From IMG/VR virus record IMGVR_UViG_3300049793_000366, positions 248,001 to 312,000 of that record: DNA of 64,000 nt. The stretch is one strand, 5' to 3'. Made by a program: the position numbers and the translations under genes. Shown in pieces: positions 57,101-64,000 of this stretch. The notes below the pieces were generated by a model. That model did not search any database, was not told the DNA's origin, and saw only the letters and a program-made list of their open reading frames with translations. Every line of letters begins with the position of its first letter. Within the stretch, counting starts at the first letter, position 1.

Positions 57101-57526
57101 CACTTGAGATAAATATAAAGCTTCACTATCAGAAAAACAGCTCCAAACTTTAATGTGTTCATCAAATTTAGTTTCATTCCAAGGTAGTGCGTCATTATAA
57201 TCCAAGTCAATAGTGATTGCACACTTATCAATTTTTAAGATTCTATAACCATCGTTACCTGCTCTATATCTGTCTTTCTTGACCTTATCATTAGAATCGT
57301 AGTTACCATTTATAATGAATACTCTGTCACCAACTACTAAGTTGGTATTTACTTCAGTATAAATCTTAGTTTTAGCAAATCCACCAATTTCATCCGGTTC
57401 TATAAAGTTTATTAATCTTGATGAAAACTTTCTCGATTTTCCTGATATAGAAGTTAGTGATGCAATTGAGGCGGATGCGCTTAATATTAGATTTCTAAGA
57501 GAACTTGAATTAAGTGTAAGAGCCAT
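51131..57526 (-). CDS. 2131-aa putative virion protein with G-x-[WF]-x-[NDG] pentapeptide repeats
   Basis: Many W.NG.F.NG / W.NG.W.NG runs; TTATATATA upstream at 57547-57555. Confidence 0.7.
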   Translation of the reverse strand: MALTLNSSSLRNLILSASASIASLTSISGKSRKFSSRLINFIEPDEIGGFAKTKIYTEVNTNLVVGDRVFIINGNYDSNDKVKKDRYRAGNDGYRILKIDKCAITIDLDYNDALPWNETKFDEHIKVWSCFSDSEALYLSQVRVNSTSTEQYRFEIGLDNILYSNGTYSTIFGNVGVGFYVLNEPTPGTYSWFNMTNIYDINNINTYVSASQSGNVVVMGNDFTHINGSGNATDYKTSFVYEFDSPTATWKVNHTYREAIISKSNFRRGEFNGSWSDGVYGSYDNRINWKKNEKSLWQSGVAVNTNWISGDIQSLSDSIVQDSYYSTIDNGLAKQTTDKSNNRGNGYNYFLDCSIQSSVVTNGNFINAQLGKLSYTASAVPNYITGTTFSTDVTIKSGKIADSFIYNGNYSNVKVQSTNVLEGKFSNSSVLNSHISKSVLSNSKFKADSSIVITDISKFFYTTIDGKQTVRYKLYINETDIHKLSNLESFYLKGIKFDKDATFDKFENVFYLNKYNEEIKMFSGASMAGEINCVVKTAAENTVRDETTFAYFTFFGIGLVLPITTQVADIEKPSLDITMEYNFPGFIASITTAKQWYDWVLKFNRLDVIETPYIIDAEYESGYMDNSTWEYGNLINNYNYQVSQNANNQLDISVGSTQSLQINLKYSALNTSWLDNNFTPGDVIYLDNIVWIPVSSPDPMSATMSETTQAYSLNGAYTVTTMAFSGSTRVLYLDALDSEAITNLNTMYNTRLLIQTNYGFNSGFFYTYDATTNPSNISSYFGMNMPNFLSISKVKINKSTVQSGVFARTFFKNSTIANRNFNNFDTSLVRTNVDTLKVINFLFTSDVTDVDSQYYDAVNGTYFKQTRLGNNTNIKSGIFYNCVFDYPTFTSGIVYDSYWVKGTFTNGLIKQSMWNSGIFKNGIFADSTNQNATGDFEPIVWTWTTNPVNPVLYRSWMQSPYGYTWHNGTFENGEMYNSIWYNGDKLNGKIYNTYWYFGNHYNGEFGDTRFSIEKNSMLSGHWYNGVARNATLGSTWLDTFIWENGEFNDGIFQGNSPAPVYWIDTSYVSGNLGLFINDSTNVDNGVYGTGSKIFINKFSDSLNTSYNDAAVITGVQKTGTYSVVITDLPFGNSSVMESGAIFKNFAVWKNGNFNGGYFQGNAAFWMNGNFNNGYFGADGYSFDHAQIITQGELTYAPFDEVRHNFITNWHNGNFNNGVFDSSWADGSFNDGRFQGKVWKNGVFMKGTFTSNAATFSAVAGKTQFNNFFLNPTASFRGLWVNGTVIDDTRKLNKDKKLFTTLIRRKDEVKNNNKVLFENVKWINGTVDHSNAEFTNSMWMNGVWKNGTWTNGYFNPFVLRPLSLNYIYGTAGGLLPTPLSRTDYRVDTYLGSDGYSYKANNATMSTFEYGTQSCYWNNGIWNDGEFAYSCWENGLWKNGTMSGAFWKDGVWWYGFARNIVWKDGTWKNGNWYGSDYIVGSVSNGSGNIGTYSKETTELLLRAHQILNYVKIDTSATNTNLHLWNAFNTTGTYSTLNNTILNTPIVYGSGSIVGTVGPLPSYGSWTYSATVSGKGIRTKAGNGRFLGGVWENGVWNNGWRVDTTSIIGGVQYATASSYIELDDVTRCIQITRSRWQFTVTGATFGGLTAGDVVSISNVTSHDINERRKLIRGYYTIVSNPTSRSLTVEAMVNFPIHEIVKDSESHKIHVSKNIWLSGAFLNGKFTGIWNSGLFAGFPFLTVMDKTHWIDGSFEGGRFIATQTGTVSTSVIQKMKFKDMDVATTSTTHLYNSWMDINYDTKYVSNIFFDQIILDDSGNEYTRTNYQGLITSDILESVSNMRDSNSLTFRDYNLGYKYNTYVDFIDRASKFNRPNIYTYGWTVSNVYGTLSKALYQDVTNPSLVDGISEPALFIMDGYPNNTKPKGVSFSTDESNLAILTHDSILDSLEIGRYTMVEFDSYTWSGTAGIYGGDMYGNRVEFITIIILGFEVVIPIGPLENLYFNADIDGAYMYQHNPVRSNPDPTMKKMEYFYNRVDMDMYIGGSFSAVLDNLKFYEVDMIPFYKYTNATASNINYGLQIPYTAVAPYIDYTNQNFSFIDNVVLSTDSIVSAPGSGGGFNPIDVEIEIAVFIIPE

Positions 57527-57575
57527 TAAATTAAACTACTTTTTCTTATATATAAATAAAGTTATTCTATCAATT

Positions 57576-58337
57576 ATGTTTATAGCTACCAACCTAAAAA
57601 TATTTCTAATGGCACTGTTACCGGCTATAACATACGGTATGGTTATCTTTATATCATCTCGATATAAGTCAATTTCAATCAAAAAAGGCTTAGGTTACTT
57701 TGCACTCGGTGCTATTTCGGTCACTTTCGTTAATGCCTTTCAATTTACTTTCCCGTACTATCAGGATTGGGTTTTAAGCGAATCCATGCCTATTACAACA
57801 CTATTATTCAAAGCTATATTACAAGTAGCGTTATTAGAAGAGCTGTGTAAATTAGCATCATATAGATTCATTGACTCAGTAAGGCATCGAATTGAACTCA
57901 GACGAGATAAACCAGTAGCTACTATGTTCTATGCGTGTATGGTGTCTGCTGGGTTCGCGGTTATAGAGAATCTTCATTATGTGATGGCTTTCTTTGATAA
58001 AGTAGCACCAAGTGAGTTATTATTAACAAGAGCTTTGAGTGCTGTAATTGTACATATGGTTTGTGGGTTATTTATGGGCTATTTTATAGCACTTGGTAAT
58101 TTAAAGGGTGATATTGATATTTCCGCTATTTCAATCATTCTAAGAAAGAATCCTAGGTGGAGAAAAACACTATACACGACAATTGGTGTCAGTGTTGCTA
58201 TTCTATATCACGGTATATACGATTTTATGGCTTTCTTGGGTGCCAATTTGTTTAATATCATAATTGTCGGACTCTTGATTGCTTATATAATGCATAAACA
58301 ATTGAATTCCATATCAGGTGTCAGAAAACTTCGATAA
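57576..58337 (+). CDS. PrsW family intramembrane glutamic protease
   Basis: Multi-TM; LEELCK, GFAVIEN, VH...G, HGIYD. Confidence 0.85.
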   Translation: MFIATNLKIFLMALLPAITYGMVIFISSRYKSISIKKGLGYFALGAISVTFVNAFQFTFPYYQDWVLSESMPITTLLFKAILQVALLEELCKLASYRFIDSVRHRIELRRDKPVATMFYACMVSAGFAVIENLHYVMAFFDKVAPSELLLTRALSAVIVHMVCGLFMGYFIALGNLKGDIDISAISIILRKNPRWRKTLYTTIGVSVAILYHGIYDFMAFLGANLFNIIIVGLLIAYIMHKQLNSISGVRKLR

Positions 58338-58343
58338 TTTTTA

Positions 58344-58374
58344 TTTGGTTTGATTTAAATTTTTAATATATTTG
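58344..58374 (+). promoter_or_regulatory. Early promoter TTTG-N19-TATATTTG
   Basis: Consensus boxes. Confidence 0.8.
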
Positions 58375-58378
58375 TATT

Positions 58379-58954
58379 ATGATAATATGGACAATTATAT
58401 CAGTTAACGTCTTAGTAAGTACGTTTTTATTGATAAAGGTTTTGAGAATGAAGGAAATTACAATAAAGGAAACTATTATTAAAGAAGTTCCAGTTGAAAG
58501 AGTAGTTTATAAAGCACCTGACTATTTACTAAATAATCCACAGGTATTATTCAGAATGCCAGAGTTTACTATGTCAGAAAAAGACATATTCAATATAGTT
58601 AGGTCTTTGGAAGAAGATATTGACAAATGGGCATTCTCACTGAGTACACTTGGTGGTGATTCTTTCTTTGTAGAACGTACAACCGCAAGTAATAAAAGAA
58701 TTCAGTTATATATCGATGGTTTAAGTAAAAAGGACGATAAGGATTTAAGAGTCAGAATGCTTCAACCTATAAACATGGATATTGACAAGAAATGGAATGA
58801 TACTTTCAAACATCTTTTGTTTCCAGAGTTTAGAACACTTTATAATAAAAAAGTAAAAGCTGAAATGGACAAAAGCTCAGAATTGAGTGAGGATATCAGT
58901 GGTTTATTAAGTAAAACTCAGAAAAGAGACGACACTCTAAATAAGTTATTATAA
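58379..58954 (+). CDS. Membrane-anchored early protein with C-terminal R-tag (KRDDTLNKLL)
   Basis: N-terminal TM segment; motif. Confidence 0.75.
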   Translation: MIIWTIISVNVLVSTFLLIKVLRMKEITIKETIIKEVPVERVVYKAPDYLLNNPQVLFRMPEFTMSEKDIFNIVRSLEEDIDKWAFSLSTLGGDSFFVERTTASNKRIQLYIDGLSKKDDKDLRVRMLQPINMDIDKKWNDTFKHLLFPEFRTLYNKKVKAEMDKSSELSEDISGLLSKTQKRDDTLNKLL

Positions 58955-59334
58955 TGCGATATTCATTTGATTTCGACTGTACTTTAGGAGAGCCAATTAT
59001 ACAAAAGTTGGCTTCTTTTCTTATTGCAGGTGGTGCAGAACTTTGGATAATAACGACCAGATGTAGCGATTCTGATGGTAGAAAACCAGAATTCGGTAGA
59101 AATAGTTCTGTTTATAGCGTTGCTAAAAGACTTGGTATACCAGAAGACAGAATAATTCTTACAGAGGGTGATTTCAAGTGGAAAAAGGTCAAAGAACTTA
59201 ATATAGACATACACTTCGATGATGTTCCAGAAGAAGTAGAATTTATCATCCAAAATGGCGGAAACGCCATGTTAATCTGGGATGATACGTGTAAATTATC
59301 AATAAAATCAGAGCATTTCGGTACACTTGCATAA
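58954..59334 (+). CDS. HAD-superfamily hydrolase
   Basis: SFDFDCTL, ITTR, K, HFDD. Confidence 0.75.
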   Translation: MRYSFDFDCTLGEPIIQKLASFLIAGGAELWIITTRCSDSDGRKPEFGRNSSVYSVAKRLGIPEDRIILTEGDFKWKKVKELNIDIHFDDVPEEVEFIIQNGGNAMLIWDDTCKLSIKSEHFGTLA

Positions 59335-59357
59335 TTGGAATTTTATCCGTACATTTA
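59326..59357 (+). promoter_or_regulatory. Early promoter variant CTTG-N20-TACATTTA
   Basis: Near-consensus, 20 nt spacer. Confidence 0.55.
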
Positions 59358-59375
59358 CGGTAAATTAAATCAAAA

Positions 59376-59891
59376 ATGGTAATAAAATTATCCCCTGCTA
59401 AATTAGAGTTTGTTTTGAATAAAGCAATTGCTCACTTTGAGGCTGGTAGTTCGATTAAGATAGATACCCCAATTTATAGTGATACTGAGTACAAATTCAG
59501 TGGTGAAGAAACGATTGATATGCCACTAAAACCAAATGAAACAGGTTATGTAGCCGGTACTTCTAAAACAAAGAGGAAGCAATTTCATTTCAGTTATTGT
59601 ATATCCATAAAGGATAATAAGTTAACCAGAATCAGAGTGAATAGTGATGGTGACATAACATATGTATTCGATGGTACTGAGAGTAAGAAGTTAACATCTG
59701 ATTTTATTAAGCGTTTCTTTCTCAAGATATATGAAATTGAGAATGCTGAATTTAAAAAGGTTTACGCATCCTATGACGATACAGAAGAGCGAAATGAAAA
59801 ATTATCGGAATTACTTGGTAGCACAGAAGGAGAAGAAAAGAAAGAAATTATAAACAATAAAGAAGTCGCCAAGAAGAAATGGTGGCAATAA
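59376..59891 (+). CDS. Hypothetical protein with near-C-terminal R-tag (ERNEKLSELL)
   Basis: ORF; motif. Confidence 0.7.
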   Translation: MVIKLSPAKLEFVLNKAIAHFEAGSSIKIDTPIYSDTEYKFSGEETIDMPLKPNETGYVAGTSKTKRKQFHFSYCISIKDNKLTRIRVNSDGDITYVFDGTESKKLTSDFIKRFFLKIYEIENAEFKKVYASYDDTEERNEKLSELLGSTEGEEKKEIINNKEVAKKKWWQ

Positions 59892-59898
59892 AAAGAAA

Positions 59899-60441
59899 AT
59901 GAAATATATTATATTAGACCTTGAAGCAACCTGTTGGGAGCAAAAAGGACACGGAAACAAAAACGAAATCATCGAAATTGGTGCATTATGTATCAACGAT
60001 GATGGTAAGATTGAGAGTGAGTTCTCTGAATTCATTAAACCAACATTAAACCCTATTTTATCAGACTTCTGTAAGAGTTTGACCAGCATCAAGCAAGAAG
60101 ATGTTGATTATGCTGATAAATTCGATAAAGTGATTGAACGCTTTAAGAGTTGGATTGGTGATAATGACTATGTGTTATGTAGTTGGGGATTTTATGATAA
60201 GACTCAGTTCGAATCAGACTGTAACATACATAAATTAGATACTAAGTGGTTGAGGAATCATATTAGTCTGAAACATCAATACACGGGCATTAAGGGTCTT
60301 AAAAAGCATATTGGGATGTCTGGTGCGTTAGCCTTAGAAAAGCTTATGCTTGAAGGTACACATCACAGAGGTATTGATGATGCCAGAAATATTGCTAAGA
60401 TATTCGTTAAACAATTTAATAATTGGAAATTCAATGTGTGA
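59899..60441 (+). CDS. DEDDh 3'-5' exonuclease (ERI1/KapD-like)
   Basis: LDLEATC, EIIEIG, SWG.YD, HHRGIDDA. Confidence 0.9.
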   Translation: MKYIILDLEATCWEQKGHGNKNEIIEIGALCINDDGKIESEFSEFIKPTLNPILSDFCKSLTSIKQEDVDYADKFDKVIERFKSWIGDNDYVLCSWGFYDKTQFESDCNIHKLDTKWLRNHISLKHQYTGIKGLKKHIGMSGALALEKLMLEGTHHRGIDDARNIAKIFVKQFNNWKFNV

Positions 60442-60856
60442 TTATAGAGTTTTATTAGTTAATGACAAAGAAGAATGCTTTGTTATTGATAAGGGTTTAA
60501 AATTCTTCTCCAAAGAAGAACCTAAAGATAAAAACTCATTTGTTTGGTATTCACCAACCACTAAGGTTTTTAACCTTACAATCAGAGTTAGAATGAATGC
60601 TGATTGTCAAAATTGGTTGAGTATAAACAATACTGAATTAAGTGTTTATGTTTATAATAAAGAAAGTAAGAAATGGTTAGGTTATGCTGAGACCACTCTT
60701 AAAAGAAGGGGTTTATCTAAGACAACTGAATGGACAATAGAAGATGTGATGCTGAAGTATAAAAGTGAAGTTAGTATGACATCCGATTTAATTGAAAGCT
60801 TGGATTCATTCACTAAACAAGTATTGCGAGATTCGACTTTAAATGAACTATTATAG
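60434..60856 (+). CDS. Hypothetical protein with C-terminal R-tag (LRDSTLNELL)
   Basis: Start adjusted to ATG 60434. Confidence 0.7.
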   Translation: MCDYRVLLVNDKEECFVIDKGLKFFSKEEPKDKNSFVWYSPTTKVFNLTIRVRMNADCQNWLSINNTELSVYVYNKESKKWLGYAETTLKRRGLSKTTEWTIEDVMLKYKSEVSMTSDLIESLDSFTKQVLRDSTLNELL

Positions 60857-61265
60857 GTTATTCGAAAGAATTGGCTTTAAGAGAAAGAAGGAAGCTATGC
60901 TACCTGGTTCTGAGTATGACTATACTAACAGAAAGGGAACATATGTTCTTAAAAATCACATTCTAAGCGAAGTGAAAGGCTATGAATCTACACATAGATA
61001 TTACACAAGCTGGGAATATAAAATTAATGATGAATTGTCAATTTGGATTAATACATTCAAAATGTCTTCATTCACTGCTTACATCATCGACACAAGACCA
61101 AACGATAAATATAACATCGTTAATCAAATAATACTTGACAAGTACGATAGGTCACAGTCTTTGTCACCAAATATATGGGAAGCAATACTATTATCTCTAC
61201 CAGAGAGATATTCCTATGTGTCCAATCAATTATTAAGAAAAATACAGTTAGATAGACTTTTCTAA
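60843..61265 (+). CDS. Hypothetical protein with C-terminal R-tag (LRKIQLDRLF)
   Basis: ORF; motif. Confidence 0.7.
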   Translation: MNYYRLFERIGFKRKKEAMLPGSEYDYTNRKGTYVLKNHILSEVKGYESTHRYYTSWEYKINDELSIWINTFKMSSFTAYIIDTRPNDKYNIVNQIILDKYDRSQSLSPNIWEAILLSLPERYSYVSNQLLRKIQLDRLF

Positions 61266-61474
61266 GCTTCCGCAAGCTTTATGAATAGCTGTGAGTAGTG
61301 TAAAACACTCACTGGTACAACCATAAAAGTACCATCATCCAAATAAGCCTGAAATGGCTCATTGAAGTAGGTCACTGTGTAATCCTTCAATTTTTCGTAT
61401 TCTTCCTCGGTCACATCAAGTGTCTCGCACTTGTATTGTCCAAACTGTGTATGTAGTTCTAAAAACACTTTCAT
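61262..61474 (-). CDS. Hypothetical protein
   Basis: ORF filling the gap. Confidence 0.6.
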   Translation of the reverse strand: MKVFLELHTQFGQYKCETLDVTEEEYEKLKDYTVTYFNEPFQAYLDDGTFMVVPVSVLHYSQLFIKLAEA

Positions 61475-61551
61475 AAGCTATTTATTAATTTATTTTCTAA
61501 AGTTTACAAAACAAAGTGAAAATAAAGACATATAGAAATGATATATAATTT

Positions 61552-62193
61552 ATGAAAAACCTTAGCTCAAGATTTAAGAAGTTCAATGGCGAGTTCATTC
61601 CAGATATTGTAGAATATCTACGGACTTACATCGAAAGAGACCCAACTGTAACAATTTCAGTTGGTTGTGACTCAATTCAGAAACGTAGAAGAACAATTTA
61701 CGCTGTGACGATTATGTTGTATAACACGGATATTCGTAATGGCGCCCATGTAGTCTTCTTCCGTGAATCTTGTATTAAGATCCGCGATACCAACGAAAGG
61801 TTGGATAGAGAAGCTATGCTTGCTTATGAAGTAGCAGAAGAGTTAAATGCATTATTAGAACCATTTTATTCAAGAAGTGACCTAAACGTTTCTAGTAGAA
61901 GAGCATATAAGTATCACTTAGCCAAATGTATGGGTGAATATGCTAATGTTGCACTAATTGATGAACAAAAAGTTGTTGAAAATATTTCTTTATCTGAGGA
62001 TGAAAAAACAAGGGAATATCGATTAATTGACTTACATTTGGACTTTAATCCAAGTGCCGGACTTAGCGGACGCAATCGTTCAAATGCGGCTTATAAAAAA
62101 CACACACCTTGGTTAAGAGGATGTCTGTATCGTGTATGGTGTAAACCACTAGCATACGCTGCTACATCTGCTGCTGATTTATTGTTACAATAA
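61552..62193 (+). CDS. RNase H-like YkuK family protein
   Basis: VGCDS, RLDREA, HLDFN, AATSAAD. Confidence 0.75.
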   Translation: MKNLSSRFKKFNGEFIPDIVEYLRTYIERDPTVTISVGCDSIQKRRRTIYAVTIMLYNTDIRNGAHVVFFRESCIKIRDTNERLDREAMLAYEVAEELNALLEPFYSRSDLNVSSRRAYKYHLAKCMGEYANVALIDEQKVVENISLSEDEKTREYRLIDLHLDFNPSAGLSGRNRSNAAYKKHTPWLRGCLYRVWCKPLAYAATSAADLLLQ

Positions 62194-62203
62194 TAATTAA
62201 AAA

Positions 62204-62797
62204 ATGAAAAAAGTATTAGTAAATGTATTGGGACTATCTTATAGTCAAACGCAAAGCGGAGCTTATGCTGTTGTATTGTCTGAACCCAAAGGTAACAGGA
62301 AGTTACCAATTATCGTTAACTCAACCGATGCACAAACAATTGCACTTAGGTTAGAAGGTATTAAAACACAACGTCCACTGACACATGATTTGTTTAAGTC
62401 ATTCACAGAGGTCTTTAATGCGGATCTTGTTGAGGTTAGTATTTATAGCTTAGTAGAAGGTATCTTTATGACTAAGTTAGTATTTAATGATGGTGTTCAA
62501 GATATTGAACTCGATTGTACAATTGGTGATGGTATAGCACTTGCTATGATTTACCAAAGTCCAATCTATGTCGCTGAGTTTGTAATCAGCTCTGCTGGTA
62601 TTGTTGTTGATGAAGACGATGTTGCTCGATATGAAGATGGTGAGGACGTTGACGATGCCGAAATTATTGAAGAAAAACCAAGAAGAAGCACTGTCGAAGA
62701 GTTGGAAATTATGTTACAAAAAGCACTTGATGATGAACAGTATGAAGTCGCTGCTCAAGTGCGTGATAAAATAAATTCGTTAAAAGAAAATCGCTAA
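62204..62797 (+). CDS. Bifunctional nuclease (DUF151) with C-terminal UVR domain
   Basis: LPII...AQTIA...RPLTHDL; ALDDEQYEVAAQVRDKI. Confidence 0.9.
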   Translation: MKKVLVNVLGLSYSQTQSGAYAVVLSEPKGNRKLPIIVNSTDAQTIALRLEGIKTQRPLTHDLFKSFTEVFNADLVEVSIYSLVEGIFMTKLVFNDGVQDIELDCTIGDGIALAMIYQSPIYVAEFVISSAGIVVDEDDVARYEDGEDVDDAEIIEEKPRRSTVEELEIMLQKALDDEQYEVAAQVRDKINSLKENR

Positions 62798-62838
62798 AAC
62801 GTAATATCCATAAGGAAAATTATTATATATAGGATATT

Positions 62839-63054
62839 ATGACCTCTATTATTAAGATATACTGCTTACGTATTCGATTACGAAAACTCAAAAAAAGAAG
62901 AGACGAGGCGATGGCCAAACTCATTTCAGCTCACCCAAGTAGGGCCGCTAAAATGGATAGACCTGAGGACTTAGACTCGAAATTATTTGAGGAAATAGAC
63001 AGACAGATAGTAAAGTATAAAAGACTTATAGAAAAAGCAAAAAAAGAGAGTTAA
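62839..63054 (+). CDS. Small basic late hypothetical protein
   Basis: TTATATATA at 62823-62831. Confidence 0.55.
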   Translation: MTSIIKIYCLRIRLRKLKKRRDEAMAKLISAHPSRAAKMDRPEDLDSKLFEEIDRQIVKYKRLIEKAKKES

Positions 63055-63070
63055 TTAACTCTCTTTTTTT
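63039..63070. terminator. Bidirectional terminator (32-bp perfect palindrome)
   Basis: AAAAAAAGAGAGTTAATTAACTCTCTTTTTTT between convergent genes. Confidence 0.8.
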
Positions 63071-63641
63071 ATAGTAGCATATTTAAGCTTATAATTCTTT
63101 CCAGTGATGCTATCTCATTTCGAATATCTTCTCTATCTATAACAGGAACACGACTAGTATTTTGATGGAAAATATTACCACCTGGATAAGCATATCTTGT
63201 ACTCTTCACTAAATCCTTTTCTATTTTAGGATATAACTCTCTGAATAAATCGAGAGCATTATGTATTTTAATGTAGTCAGTTAGTATTTGAAAAAAATCA
63301 ACATCGTGTTTACTAAATGTATCGTGTATCTTTGGATTCATAGCGTATGTTTTAACCGCATTTAATATATCCTCTTTGACTATCTCTTCACCTCTCTTAT
63401 TGAGTAAGAGAAGTCTTCTATCTGGCTTAGAGAAGTTTTTTACAAAATAAAATGGCTTATCTAATTTATGTAGATGTGTTATTATTTTCTTAATCTCGGT
63501 ATAGTACCCAATGTCAAAATTTATAAGATAGCTATCGGAATTTGATTCGTATCTAAGTATTGGTCTTGTGTGTATATTGAAACAATACAAACAATCATCC
63601 TTTATACTCCAGCTATTATTTAATATTAATTTATCAAGCAT
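63069..63641 (-). CDS. Hypothetical protein with C-terminal R-tag (ERIISLNMLL)
   Basis: ORF; motif. Confidence 0.7.
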   Translation of the reverse strand: MLDKLILNNSWSIKDDCLYCFNIHTRPILRYESNSDSYLINFDIGYYTEIKKIITHLHKLDKPFYFVKNFSKPDRRLLLLNKRGEEIVKEDILNAVKTYAMNPKIHDTFSKHDVDFFQILTDYIKIHNALDLFRELYPKIEKDLVKSTRYAYPGGNIFHQNTSRVPVIDREDIRNEIASLERIISLNMLL

Positions 63642-63723
63642 CTATATTTTACTACTAAAAGTAAGAATGTTTAAATATAATAATAATATATAGTAATAAG
63701 AAATAAAAATACTAAAATACTAG

Positions 63724-64000
63724 ATGTCAGGAATAATTCAGGGTAAAAATGATATAAACGCTGTTGAGGTGCCTACTGATAAGTATCACATTGTTGTGGA
63801 TTTAGATGGTAAGCTTAAGAAGAAGTCATTCGATGGATCAATTGTTGATTTAGAGACTGGTGCCGCATATACAAGTGTTGAGAAGGTTTTCGAGTGTAAT
63901 ATAAACTATGATTTTGATGCAGGATTCACCGCAACAAATCTAACGAGTTTAATGGAACATAAGAATAGTCACATAGGTGCAAGTTTTTCTCATTATCAGA
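63724..64000 (+). CDS. Late, probably virion, protein (partial; runs off the window end)
   Basis: MSGIIQGKNDIN... open to the window end; AATATATA at 63685-63692. Confidence 0.6.
   Translation, partial: MSGIIQGKNDINAVEVPTDKYHIVVDLDGKLKKKSFDGSIVDLETGAAYTSVEKVFECNINYDFDAGFTATNLTSLMEHKNSHIGASFSHYQ

Noticed and set aside
72-62309. Short ORF-track entries antisense to or nested in longer genes (e.g. 72-278, 496-834, 20422-20877, 36505-36921, 52981-56721)
   Set aside because: These are shadow ORFs of well-supported genes, with no motifs or promoters.
1-64000. Stop-codon recoding as in some jumbo phages
   Set aside because: Code 11 gives full-length genes and near-complete coding density, and TAG ends intact genes such as purA.
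1-64000. tRNA, rRNA or structured ncRNA genes
   Set aside because: Intergenic gaps are short and explained by promoters and terminators; no cloverleaf was recognised by eye. tRNAscan or Infernal would be needed to exclude them.

Overview
This is an AT-rich, gene-dense 64 kb segment of a large T4-like (jumbo) tailed phage genome in standard genetic code. The host is very probably a Bacteroidota bacterium. Nine host-type TTTG-N19/20-TAnnTTTG/A promoters, no Shine-Dalgarno sites, a T9SS-sorted protein and Bacteroidota-like purA, gmk and DUF151 genes all point that way. Replication and recombination genes include UvsW, gp46/SbcC, a split family-B polymerase (C-terminal half only), a gp61-like primase, a second Toprim primase and a PolA-fold protein. 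The window also holds tail-fibre and virion genes, nucleotide and cofactor enzymes, two DNA methyltransferases, several peptidases and about 45 small hypothetical genes. The main unexplained signal is a shared peptide tag, R-x-x-[K/x]-[IL]-x-x-[ILV]-[ILVF], at the C-terminus of about 25 otherwise unrelated proteins. The same tag sits in a loop of UvsW and matches the register of the polymerase C-terminus. Several tagged proteins look like broken pieces of morphogenesis proteins: two major-capsid fragments, a dead terminase ATPase, a scaffold-like repeat and a fibre-like repeat. A second, non-overlapping group of late proteins carries an N-terminal T4-like capsid-targeting sequence. Three promoter classes (early, middle, late) can be read from the DNA. 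All product calls come from recognising motifs by eye; no database searches were run.
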